Positions 28,530-37,287 are shown, counted from the stretch's first letter. The stretch: 64,000 nt of DNA from a virus (IMGVR_UViG_3300032233_003524:18028-82027), one strand, 5' to 3'. Numbers and translations: made by a program. Notes: a model not told the origin generated them from the letters alone.

Positions 28530-28849
28530 TTTAATACCACATTTAATTTTTGAATTTCATAAGCCAATAATCTTAAATCTGGTTTAGAAAAATCTAATTT
28601 TGGCAAAGAAGATAAAGATTCCTCAATATAAGATTCATAATTAAAATTACTTCCATTTTCTCTGCGGCTAGATAACTCTAACATGGAAGCTACCGCCAAA
28701 TCCTTACTATAATTTAAATACCTATTTGCAACAATGATTTGACAAAGCTTTTCAGAGGTGAATTCTGGAATTTTTTCTTTTATTAAATCTTCAGTTACGA
28801 TATCGTCATTTTCGAGTAATTCTTCATTTATATCATCAATATCAATCAT
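28526..28849 (-). CDS. Hypothetical protein
   Basis: 107 aa ORF, coupled overlaps. Confidence 0.7.
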   Translation of the reverse strand: MIDIDDINEELLENDDIVTEDLIKEKIPEFTSEKLCQIIVANRYLNYSKDLAVASMLELSSRRENGSNFNYESYIEESLSSLPKLDFSKPDLRLLAYEIQKLNVVLK

Positions 28850-29195
28850 TTTTTAATCTCTTTATATTGGGAGGTGTAGTTATCTTCACTCTTATATTTG
28901 GTATAATATATCCATTTTTTTTGCGACTGTAAAAATACAATTTTGTATTAAAAAATACATTATGAAAATTTATAATATCACCTAAAATAAGCAACTCCCT
29001 AAAACTTTGAAAAATTGTTTTTACAATAAAAGCTATTTCAGATTTAGAAATAATTGGATATCTTTGATGAATTCTATTAATTAAATCTTCATTATATTTT
29101 AAATTAATAGGCAATTCATTATCGATCAGATTTGAAACCTCTTCATGAGATGCTTCTTTAAAATAAAATGGCTTTACAGTTTTTTGTTTTTTCAT
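28842..29195 (-). CDS. Second divergent HU/IHF-like protein
   Basis: EDLINRIHQRYPIISKSEIAFIVKTIFQSFRELLILGDIINF resembles the IHF/HU N-terminal helices. Confidence 0.5.
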   Translation of the reverse strand: MKKQKTVKPFYFKEASHEEVSNLIDNELPINLKYNEDLINRIHQRYPIISKSEIAFIVKTIFQSFRELLILGDIINFHNVFFNTKLYFYSRKKNGYIIPNIRVKITTPPNIKRLKND

Positions 29196-29361
29196 ATAAC
29201 AATTGTACTCCCCCTATATATATATCCCCCTCTTATTTTGTCGAGATTTAGTATATTTTAGTATGAAATAAAATTTCATATATAAAACCAGTGCTGTCGC
29301 CAGCATACTAATACAATTTATAATATTGCCCAGTAAATTTATAACAAAATAATAATCTTTA

Positions 29362-29428
29362 AATGCGGTCTTGCAGCTTTGTCGTCACAAGATATTTTAT
29401 AATTTAATTATAAGATATAAGACGCATT
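29362..29428. other. Nested stem-loop element in divergent intergenic region
   Basis: Outer stem 29362-29372/29419-29428 (one bulge), 12-bp inner hairpin 29392-29418 (one G-U), small ttgt-cgtc-acaa hairpin. Confidence 0.35.
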
Positions 29429-29494
29429 ATTGAATAATGGATATAGTAATAAAAAGATATTGTGATGAATATCAACAACTATAAAGGTGTTATT

Positions 29495-29941
29495 ATGGAT
29501 AAATGTTGCAAAGTTGGTGCGTTATATGTAGCTTCATTAAAAGCTATGGCTTTAATTCATCAGCAGAGTCATTGGACTACAAGAGGTGAATCTTTTTATG
29601 GAGATCATTTGTTATTTGAAAAATTATATAATTCTGCATTAGAAGATTTAGATCTTGCAGCTGAAAAATTCATTGGGCTATTCGGTCTAGAATGTTTGAA
29701 TTATGAATTACAAGTAAAATTTTTATCAGATGTTTTATCTAGATATAAAAAATTATCTGGATCTCCATTAGAGCTATCTTTAGCAATTGAAAAAGATTTT
29801 ATAAAATTTTCTAAAGATGCTTATGATTGCTTTGAAAAAGAACAAACTATGACATTAGGACTTGATGACATGATCATGTCTATTTCTAGCAATAGAGAAA
29901 AGTCTCTCTATTTATTAAAGCAAGCTTTAAATCAATCTTGA
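29495..29941 (+). CDS. Dps/ferritin-like protein
   Basis: HQQSHWTTRGESFYGDHLLFEKLY..D.AAEK; start at ATG 29495 after SD AAGGTG. Confidence 0.85.
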   Translation: MDKCCKVGALYVASLKAMALIHQQSHWTTRGESFYGDHLLFEKLYNSALEDLDLAAEKFIGLFGLECLNYELQVKFLSDVLSRYKKLSGSPLELSLAIEKDFIKFSKDAYDCFEKEQTMTLGLDDMIMSISSNREKSLYLLKQALNQS

Positions 29942-30202
29942 TAGTAATGCATCTTTTAGTGATACATATACATTAATATTTTCTTTTAAAGAAATTTTAG
30001 TTAAAGTAAATAAAATCTCGCCAAACATGCGAGATTTTATTTTTTTTAGATCTTCTTCAGAAAAATTTTCATTATTATTAAGTGATTTATATAAATTTAT
30101 TTTTAATTCTAATTCAGAAATTATGCTATTTATTTCATCTGAAGAAATATTATCATGATTTTTTTCACATTTGTCCCATAAATGTTCAAAGTGAACAATC
30201 AT
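29927..30202 (-). CDS. Small protein with degenerate MazG-like fold
   Basis: FGEILFTLTKISLKENINVYVSLKDAL resembles GDLLF....A...ID.E.AL; SD GAGGAG. Confidence 0.45.
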   Translation of the reverse strand: MIVHFEHLWDKCEKNHDNISSDEINSIISELELKINLYKSLNNNENFSEEDLKKIKSRMFGEILFTLTKISLKENINVYVSLKDALLSRLI

Positions 30203-30204
30203 AA

Positions 30205-30399
30205 TCACTCCTCAAGATCTTTATTATCCATAACTGCTATTTGCAATTGCTCGTCGCCCTTATCTGAAATGAATACTAAAAATACAGCCCCATGATAACA
30301 ATCAATTAATACAGGCGCTTTTATTTTCCCTACATAAAAAGTTTGTCCGTCTACGTCTTTTCTAGCCTTTAAATCAATTACAACATTTTTATTAGACAT
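30205..30399 (-). CDS. Hypothetical protein
   Basis: Start MSNKNVV after SD GGAGA. Confidence 0.7.
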   Translation of the reverse strand: MSNKNVVIDLKARKDVDGQTFYVGKIKAPVLIDCYHGAVFLVFISDKGDEQLQIAVMDNKDLEE

Positions 30400-30414
30400 A
30401 ATAATCTCCAATTT

Positions 30415-31281
30415 TCAAATATTTTTAATATAATTAAACATACAATTTTTTAATGCTTGTTCTGAGGGCATCATTTGAAACCCTAAGTTATAAAGTTTTT
30501 CAGTATTAAGAATACAATTTGATCTTTTTGCTGATGTTAATAAATCTAGCTCATTTTCATCAATGATTTCAAACTTATGATTTGGAACATATTTTTTATA
30601 TTCATTCATTATTTGAGCAGCAGTTAATGGCTCTGGATTGGTAACATGAAATATTCCAGAATAAAATTTCTTATTATCAATGAACCAATCAACACATCGT
30701 TCCAAATCATCCATAAAAGTCACTGAATTGGGAATGTCAATTATTTTTTGATATCCAGTTAATTTATTTAACAAATTTCTAGGATTATTTTTGCTAGAAA
30801 TTGGCATTCGAATACGAAGTGTAGCGACATTACTCATATTTCCTAAAGCTAAGTCGCAAGCATATTTAGTTTTAGAGTAATAGGATTTAGGATTTGCAAA
30901 ATCTTCCTCTTTCCAGCCGCTATCTTTCATTGGAGGGTCTCCAATTATTATATCGTATTTTTTAATTGGCTCTTTGTTAGGAGATTTTCCAAAAAATATA
31001 CATCCAGATCCTATTTGGATCATATAAATAGAGCGTTTTGCACATTGTTCAGCTAATAAAACTGGTATTGCTATATTTGCTGACGCAGTTTCTTCTCTAT
31101 GCAATTCGCACCAATCTACATTGGGTCTTCCAGTTTTACCAATACAGTTAATAACTATATCTGGTTTATGTAAATCTAATATACGAGAAATAAAATTTGA
31201 ATCTGGAACTAATCTTTCTTCAAAAATAGAATACTTTAAATGATTGGCAACAAAACCATTGCCAAATGTTAGTACTTTCAT
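30415..31281 (-). CDS. NDP-4-keto-6-deoxyglucose 3,5-epimerase/4-reductase (NRS/ER, UER-type; RmlD superfamily)
   Basis: GKTGRPNVDWCE.H+EET..AN, GSGCIF, SYYSKTK, LRIRMPIS, PRNLL.K...Y.KIIDIPNS, TNP, RSNC.L..EKL. Confidence 0.85.
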   Translation of the reverse strand: MKVLTFGNGFVANHLKYSIFEERLVPDSNFISRILDLHKPDIVINCIGKTGRPNVDWCELHREETASANIAIPVLLAEQCAKRSIYMIQIGSGCIFFGKSPNKEPIKKYDIIIGDPPMKDSGWKEEDFANPKSYYSKTKYACDLALGNMSNVATLRIRMPISSKNNPRNLLNKLTGYQKIIDIPNSVTFMDDLERCVDWFIDNKKFYSGIFHVTNPEPLTAAQIMNEYKKYVPNHKFEIIDENELDLLTSAKRSNCILNTEKLYNLGFQMMPSEQALKNCMFNYIKNI

Positions 31282-31299
31282 TTGTCCTCTTATTATAAA

Positions 31300-32019
31300 T
31301 TAAGAATTTTTATAAAAATGATTATTAAGCCAATTTATTGCTTCATGAGTTCCGGCATCACTCCATAAACCATTAGCCATAGTCCAACTTAAATCATTTG
31401 CTGAATTGTATTGTTGAATAATGTCAGTAATTTCATATTCCCCTCTAGGGCTTGGTGTCAATTTCTGATAAAATTCAAAAAATTTCTGGTCAAATAAATA
31501 ACAGCCAGTAATAGCATAATTTTTATATGTATAATCAATCTCTTTAGGCTTTTCTACTATTTTACAAATTTTATTGTCAGAGTCAATAGAAGCTACGCCA
31601 AATCTAAAAAGCTCGGCATTATTGTGCAAGACAATTTGTGCGGAGCAGGTAGTTTCTTTATTCCAAAAGACTGGCTCTTCATAAATATTGTCACCTAAAA
31701 TTACTACAAATTTATCATCATCTAAAACGTGTCTTTTACAAAGATTTATAGCGTTAGAGATTCCTTTAGGTTCATTTTGATAGACGTAATTAAAATTTAA
31801 TCCGTGCTTTTCTCCATCCTTTAAATAACCTACTATTTGGGAAAAATGAGTACCGCCTAAAACTACAGTAACATTTTCTATCCCCATTTTTTTTAATGTA
31901 TTTAAAGGATATTCAATAATAAATTTTCCATTTATTGGCAATAATTGTTTATTAACAACTTGAGTTAATGGGTTTAATCTAGTACCTAAACCGCCCGCTA
32001 AAATTATTGCATTTTTCAT
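31300..32019 (-). CDS. rmlA: Glucose-1-phosphate thymidylyltransferase
   Basis: ILAGGLGTRLNPLT..NKQLLPI, Q.EPKG, LGDN, PSPRGEYEITD, W.DAGT; start reassigned to ATG 32019. Confidence 0.92.
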   Translation of the reverse strand: MKNAIILAGGLGTRLNPLTQVVNKQLLPINGKFIIEYPLNTLKKMGIENVTVVLGGTHFSQIVGYLKDGEKHGLNFNYVYQNEPKGISNAINLCKRHVLDDDKFVVILGDNIYEEPVFWNKETTCSAQIVLHNNAELFRFGVASIDSDNKICKIVEKPKEIDYTYKNYAITGCYLFDQKFFEFYQKLTPSPRGEYEITDIIQQYNSANDLSWTMANGLWSDAGTHEAINWLNNHFYKNS

Positions 32020-32026
32020 ATATTTA

Positions 32027-32035
32027 AATATATCA
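32027..32035 (-). promoter_or_regulatory. Extended -10 box TGATATATT, 7 nt before rmlA ATG
   Basis: Begins immediately after the infC stop codon. Confidence 0.55.
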
Positions 32036-32560
32036 TCAATTTCTACTAGGGGCAACGATCATCCACATAAATTTTCCTTCCATGGATATTTCTGGATTTG
32101 ACAAAATCAATCCATCTAACTGCTGAATTATCCAAATTAATTTATCTTTTGCAACTTGAGGATGAGTTATTTCTCTACCTCTAAATTTAATTGTAAATTT
32201 TACTTTATTGCCTTCAGATAAAAATTCTTTTGCAAAAGCCAATTTATGTAATAAATCATTCTCTTCAGTATTTGGTCGAAACACAATTTCTTTTAATTCT
32301 TGAATTTTCTGCTTTTTTCTGATTTCAGATTGTTTTTTCTTTTCATCATATTTGTATTTTCCAAAATCAATTATTTTACAAACTGGAGGCGAAGCCTTTG
32401 GATTAATTTCTACTAAGTCCAATCCTTGGCTTTGTGCAAGTTTTAAAGCATCACGAGTTGGCATTACACCAACCGACGTACCATCCAATTGAATTACTCT
32501 CACTTGTGGAACTTTAATTTGAAAATTAACTCTAATTCTATTTTGATTATTTGTTTGCAT
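32036..32560 (-). CDS. infC: Translation initiation factor IF-3
   Basis: VRVI..DG..VG......AL.LA...GLDLVEI.P.A.PPVCKIIDFGKYKY, KEIVFRP, KVKFTIKFRGRE. Confidence 0.96.
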   Translation of the reverse strand: MQTNNQNRIRVNFQIKVPQVRVIQLDGTSVGVMPTRDALKLAQSQGLDLVEINPKASPPVCKIIDFGKYKYDEKKKQSEIRKKQKIQELKEIVFRPNTEENDLLHKLAFAKEFLSEGNKVKFTIKFRGREITHPQVAKDKLIWIIQQLDGLILSNPEISMEGKFMWMIVAPSRN

Positions 32561-32610
32561 ATAAAATATTTAATAAATTATTTTATTAAAAGTGCCCTGT
32601 TGACGTATAT

Positions 32611-32638
32611 AATATATCATTTAAAAAATACAATGCAA
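32611..32638 (-). promoter_or_regulatory. Sigma70-like promoter for infC, TTGCAT-N16-TATATT with TGn extension
   Basis: Read directly. Confidence 0.5.
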
Positions 32639-32699
32639 GGCTCAAATATTTAAAATAATAATGTTAGAATATTTTTGTATATTTTATAAGGAGAAATTT

Positions 32700-33329
32700 A
32701 TGGCAGCCACACTAGTTCCTACTCAAAAAACATCGTATACAGTACCACAAATGATTGAAGGATTTATTAAAGGATGGTTTAAACAATTTAATGAAATCCC
32801 TAAAAAAGAATCAGTAGGAGTTATTTGGTCTCAAAATGCTATTGAAACAGGGTCTACTACAGCGATGTGGAATAATAATATTGGAAATGTAAAATATGCT
32901 CCAAGTAAAGACCCGAATCAAGATAATGATATTAAATACATGATGCTAAATAACGTTTGGGAGATAATAAATGGTAAAAAAATTATTTTTCAACCACCAG
33001 ATCCAGCAACTTGGTTTAGGTCATTTGACTCATTAGAAGAGGGCGTTGCATTTCATTTAAATTTTTTAAAAAATAAAAGATATAAAAATTCTTGGATAGC
33101 AGTAGAGGCAGGAGATCCTGAACAATTTGCTCATTTATTAAAACTAGCAAAGTATTATACTGCCGCAGAAGAAGATTATGCTAAAGGTATGAGATTTCAC
33201 TTTAATAAGTTTATTAAAGACAATACCTTTGATTTAGTTGTTGAAAAAATTAAAGAAACATATGATGCTGAAGGCTTAAAAAACAGTGTTGATTTATTCA
33301 ATCAAACTTTTAATCAACCTAATAGCTAA
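32700..33329 (+). CDS. GH73 (FlgJ/glucosaminidase-like) peptidoglycan hydrolase, putative endolysin
   Basis: QNAIETG..NNIGNVK, FRSFDSLEEG, RY, A.YYTA..DY; start ATG 32700 after SD AGGAGA. Confidence 0.75.
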   Translation: MAATLVPTQKTSYTVPQMIEGFIKGWFKQFNEIPKKESVGVIWSQNAIETGSTTAMWNNNIGNVKYAPSKDPNQDNDIKYMMLNNVWEIINGKKIIFQPPDPATWFRSFDSLEEGVAFHLNFLKNKRYKNSWIAVEAGDPEQFAHLLKLAKYYTAAEEDYAKGMRFHFNKFIKDNTFDLVVEKIKETYDAEGLKNSVDLFNQTFNQPNS

Positions 33330-33332
33330 TTT

Positions 33333-33695
33333 TGGTGGAGATAGGCGGCACTGCCCCGCCGTCCGCAATTATCCATGTATAAAATTCATTCACAAGTGTA
33401 GGATTTAATTTTATCGAAAATTAACCAAACGATGATTGAATTCGTTCAATCAAACTATCTTCTGTTTATTTCATAAATAATATCCGAAGAACAATACTAT
33501 TATTATTTTTAGTGGTTAATAATCTAAGAATACCAAAAATATCTTTTCTTAGACCATCCAAATTAAGCTGCGAGAGCCATTGGAGCAAATGCATTATCGT
33601 TGGCATTTAAACGTTGATTGTATTGATAACCCATTTACAATCATGAGGGACTTGCATTTTATCATTTCAAACCACGTCGAAACTGTTGTATCCCC
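33333..33695 (-). ncRNA. ssrA: tmRNA, one-piece, tag (A)ANDNAFAPMALAA
   Basis: 5' GGGGATA pairs with 3' TATCTCC-ACCA including the G3-U alanine determinant; T-stem GGCGG/CCGCC; resume codon GCC at 33604 to TAA at 33563; 363 nt. Confidence 0.95.
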
Positions 33696-33709
33696 AAATT
33701 TATATAAAT

Positions 33710-33737
33710 AATATAATTATATTACATTATTTGTCAA
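33710..33737 (-). promoter_or_regulatory. Sigma70-like promoter of tmRNA, TTGACA-N16-TATATT
   Basis: -10 ends about 15 nt upstream of the mature 5' end. Confidence 0.65.
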
Positions 33738-34035
33738 GTGGCGAAGGGCAACCTTTATAAATATCCGCAAAAGGATCACAATTTCTATATATTTCTACAT
33801 AAAATAATTTTCCTTCAGGATCTTTTAAAAGTATCCATTCAGTGCCGCAATTCCAAGGATTATCATAATCATTTGAAGTTGATGATGAACTTGAAACAAC
33901 ATATTCTGGATATGCGCCAGTATATCCGCCTACTGAATTGTTAATAATTTCTTGCTCTGGTCTTTCTACGGGCTGATAACAAGCCGTATTTATTAACAAG
34001 ATTCCAATTAGCCATATTAGACTTCGAATCTTCAT
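33727..34035 (-). CDS. Putative lipoprotein
   Basis: Basic N-terminus, hydrophobic stretch, LINTAC lipobox-like; Ser-rich linker; SD GAGG. Confidence 0.6.
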   Translation of the reverse strand: MKIRSLIWLIGILLINTACYQPVERPEQEIINNSVGGYTGAYPEYVVSSSSSTSNDYDNPWNCGTEWILLKDPEGKLFYVEIYRNCDPFADIYKGCPSPLDK

Positions 34036-34090
34036 ATTGACCTCGCTAGATAAGATAATATCTTACTTATAATATAAGTAAATATTAATA

Positions 34091-34876
34091 TCAAAAACTA
34101 TCTTGTCTAAAAATATCTGCACCATTTTTAAAGATATTATTTAAAAATGACTGCTCTTTAGTAAATATTGGCAATTCAGTATTTATAGTCCATTTATTTT
34201 TCATTGAATCGCCTATAACTTTCGGAACCTTATAGCAAGCTATTCCTCTTCTAAATGGAATTGGATATTGATTAAAATCTACGTCGCATTCTTGTTGTAA
34301 AATTTCAACTTTTTCATCAAAAGATAGCCCAGTCATCATTTCTTTTATATATGTTTTATCATATTTTTTTAATAATTCATAAAAACAGGCAAATTGTATT
34401 GATGTATGAAAATTTTGTTGTTGTTTATAGATAATAGTGTTTATAGCTTCAATAATATTTGGAACAGTAAATGATTGAGTATAAAATACGGGCTCACTAA
34501 GTAAATTTAAATCTGTTTGAGCTAGACATTTATTGAAATGTAATGTCGCAATAGAAGAAATAGTCGAGGATAATTTTTGAATCTTATTATCAAACCAAGA
34601 TGAAGAGTCTTGAGATTGATCATTTCTAGATACCAATATGATTTCATCATTGTGATGATAAGCAAATATAGCCCCTTCAACCTCTGAACATAATTTCAAA
34701 GAGGTTGATACCATACATTCAGCAAATTTTTCACAGTATGGCTTATCTAATAAAGAAGTGCATTTTGCAAATGCACGACCGTTAACTATAGTTATTATAG
34801 GTATACGATTTAATAATTTATAGTCTGCCTGCTCTTTATAAGACTCAATTCTATCTTTAAGCTTTTGATTTGACAT
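34091..34876 (-). CDS. Thg1-like (tRNA-His guanylyltransferase family) protein with degenerate motifs
   Basis: LKDRIESY, VNGRAF (canonical DGR.F), KPY...F, YHHNDEI (canonical YxQSDE), FRRG; start MSNQK at 34876. Confidence 0.75.
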   Translation of the reverse strand: MSNQKLKDRIESYKEQADYKLLNRIPIITIVNGRAFAKCTSLLDKPYCEKFAECMVSTSLKLCSEVEGAIFAYHHNDEIILVSRNDQSQDSSSWFDNKIQKLSSTISSIATLHFNKCLAQTDLNLLSEPVFYTQSFTVPNIIEAINTIIYKQQQNFHTSIQFACFYELLKKYDKTYIKEMMTGLSFDEKVEILQQECDVDFNQYPIPFRRGIACYKVPKVIGDSMKNKWTINTELPIFTKEQSFLNNIFKNGADIFRQDSF

Positions 34877-34895
34877 CAATATACAATATAACACA

Positions 34896-35456
34896 TTATT
34901 TTGTTGGAGCAAGTGTTATTAATGTTGTTAAAAAATTTTTAAATTTTTCTTTAATATTCACACCTATTTTAGTCGCTAATTGGCTTGAGGGGTTAACTTG
35001 AGACAGTTTTTCTAAATTTTGAATATTTAATAGATAATTAATTTTATCTAAATATTCTTTTTTCGTTAATGCTGAGGTATAATTTATACCACTATTATAA
35101 ATTTTAATATAAAATTCTTTTGCAAACAATACAATTGCTTTTAAATCTTTTGAAGCTGGTGAAAAGGTTGCATCAGTATATGTAAATCCTGTTTGAAATG
35201 CATTTTGTAAATTATATTGACCTGTACTAGCATAAAACATTGCTTTATTTAATTCATTAGCCATTTGCTCAATTACACGATAAGCCCCAGGAGTATTAAA
35301 TGCCTTTAATATAGAGTCTTTATTTGTAGGATTAAAATTAGGAGGAGTTCCTAAATTAGGAACTATATTAGCCGCTTTATCCGTAGTTGGAATATTAGAT
35401 TGAGCTAATGCTTTTAGCAGTTTTATTCTAAATTTAGATGGCATGTATTTATACAA
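34896..35456 (-). CDS. Hypothetical protein
   Basis: 186 aa ORF; true start may be MPSK at 35444. Confidence 0.65.
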   Translation of the reverse strand: MYKYMPSKFRIKLLKALAQSNIPTTDKAANIVPNLGTPPNFNPTNKDSILKAFNTPGAYRVIEQMANELNKAMFYASTGQYNLQNAFQTGFTYTDATFSPASKDLKAIVLFAKEFYIKIYNSGINYTSALTKKEYLDKINYLLNIQNLEKLSQVNPSSQLATKIGVNIKEKFKNFLTTLITLAPTK

Positions 35457-35493
35457 ATATTATAGTAGAATTATTTATGATATAAATAATAAT

Positions 35494-36090
35494 ATGATTA
35501 CTTTTATTGTGCCAACAATTAATAGAAATAGTCTTAATACTGCAATTAATAGCCTATTAAGTCAAACTAATCCAAATTGGAATGCTATTATAGTTTTTGA
35601 TGGAATACCAGCTTTAAATTATAATGATGACAGAATATCATGTATTAGTATACCGAAATGTGGAAAATCTAATCATGCAGGGCTAGTAAGAAATGAAGCC
35701 ATAAAGCTAGTAAAAACTGATTGGATAGGCTTTTTGGATGATGATGATACTATAGATAAAGAATATGTAAATAAATTTTTTGAAGAAATAAATATTAATG
35801 CAGATGCAGAATGCATAATATTTAGAATGCATACTAAATTTGATAGAGATAAAATATTACCTGCACCACATCATAATGATTTTTATAAAAATAAGGTCGG
35901 AATTAGTTTTTGTTTTAATAAGAGATTAAATCTATTATTCGAACCATCAACTACTGAAGATTTTTATCTATTAGATAAAATTAGAGAATTAAATCACAAA
36001 ATGATTATTTCTCCATATGTAACTTATTTTGTAAGATCTTCTCCAGTCTCAACAGATATCTATAATAGAGTAAAAATTAATTATCTATAA
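35494..36090 (+). CDS. Glycosyltransferase family 2
   Basis: ITFIVPT, SLLSQT, IIVFDG, RNEAI, GFLDDDD; start at ATG 35494. Confidence 0.85.
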   Translation: MITFIVPTINRNSLNTAINSLLSQTNPNWNAIIVFDGIPALNYNDDRISCISIPKCGKSNHAGLVRNEAIKLVKTDWIGFLDDDDTIDKEYVNKFFEEININADAECIIFRMHTKFDRDKILPAPHHNDFYKNKVGISFCFNKRLNLLFEPSTTEDFYLLDKIRELNHKMIISPYVTYFVRSSPVSTDIYNRVKINYL

Positions 36091-36752
36091 TTCTTAAATA
36101 TAGAGGGAGGAACTGATTGCATTATATAATCACTATATTTTAAGCATAATGGATGAAAAATATTTCCTAATATTTCTGTCCATTGTATAGGGTATTTAGA
36201 AATTTGATTATTTATGAGCATACCAGGCTTTTCTTGAGGGTGTATTGATGGATTAATTTTTAATAACTCATAATATAAGTCTAGTTTTTCATTAACAGCG
36301 CCGATCCAGTCGTAAGTAAAATTTGTATAAGGTTTACATATAAACGAGCAGCACCCAATTAGTTTTTTATAATTTTTTTGTAATTCAAAATATAATGGCG
36401 GCTCTACATTTGCAACTGCATTTGGACTAATTTCAGGATAACCATTTATCCATTTACTACTATTATTTAATTCATCAAATGCATTATTCCAAGAATGTGT
36501 AATTTCTTTTATGTCAGAGTAGCCTCCGCCGTAATGATGCATAAAGTAACACCTTAAATAATCTGATTTATGAGTTGAACTCAAATAATCATAAGACTTA
36601 TGTAAAGGATATTCTTTTTTTATATAATCTTTAATATTATTAGGTGTAATGAGCGTTATTTTACATTCTGATTTTGACATGCTATCAAAACATCTTTTTC
36701 TATTAAAAGACATTTCATTATATCCAGTCCAAAAACAATAAATTTCATTCAT
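36081..36752 (-). CDS. Glycosyltransferase, GT32/capsular-polysaccharide-synthesis-like
   Basis: IYCFW.G, SDYLR..FMHHYGGGYSDI. Confidence 0.75.
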   Translation of the reverse strand: MNEIYCFWTGYNEMSFNRKRCFDSMSKSECKITLITPNNIKDYIKKEYPLHKSYDYLSSTHKSDYLRCYFMHHYGGGYSDIKEITHSWNNAFDELNNSSKWINGYPEISPNAVANVEPPLYFELQKNYKKLIGCCSFICKPYTNFTYDWIGAVNEKLDLYYELLKINPSIHPQEKPGMLINNQISKYPIQWTEILGNIFHPLCLKYSDYIMQSVPPSIFKNYR

Positions 36753-36756
36753 AATA

Positions 36757-37287
36757 TTATTTTGTAGCTAGTGTAGTATATTGTATTGGCATTAAAAACC
36801 TAGAATCATCCTCTAATGAAGATATTTCTATATTTTTAAATTTACTAAATAATACATTTAATCCATGAACCGTAAATCTCCAATTATCTGGTAAAGGTCC
36901 ATGTATTCTAAAATTAAATGGAGTTGATGCCGCTACTGTCCCATTAACTTTACACATACGATACAGCTCATCTACTGCTAAAAATGGATTGTTAGTATGT
37001 TCTAAAACCTCTGTACATACAATTAAATCAAAAGTATTATCTAAAATAGTAGAAGAATTATTATTACATATATCTAAAATATAGTCAGCATTAGAAGATG
37101 GATCAATATCTAATGTTAGCACTTTTGCATTTTCAAAAATCCCCTTAACGCCATTATGTACTTGTGGGGCAATATCAAGAATTGTTATATTAGAATTATC
37201 ATATTTGTCTTTTAATAATTCTAAAAATTTTTTAACATTATCTCTTATTACTTGGTAGTGTTTTTTATCAGTCTCGCTTATTATCAT
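36757..37287 (-). CDS. Class I SAM-dependent methyltransferase
   Basis: ILDIAP, TLDID, FDLIVCTEVLEH, STPF...HG...D.WRFT. Confidence 0.85.
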   Translation of the reverse strand: MIISETDKKHYQVIRDNVKKFLELLKDKYDNSNITILDIAPQVHNGVKGIFENAKVLTLDIDPSSNADYILDICNNNSSTILDNTFDLIVCTEVLEHTNNPFLAVDELYRMCKVNGTVAASTPFNFRIHGPLPDNWRFTVHGLNVLFSKFKNIEISSLEDDSRFLMPIQYTTLATK

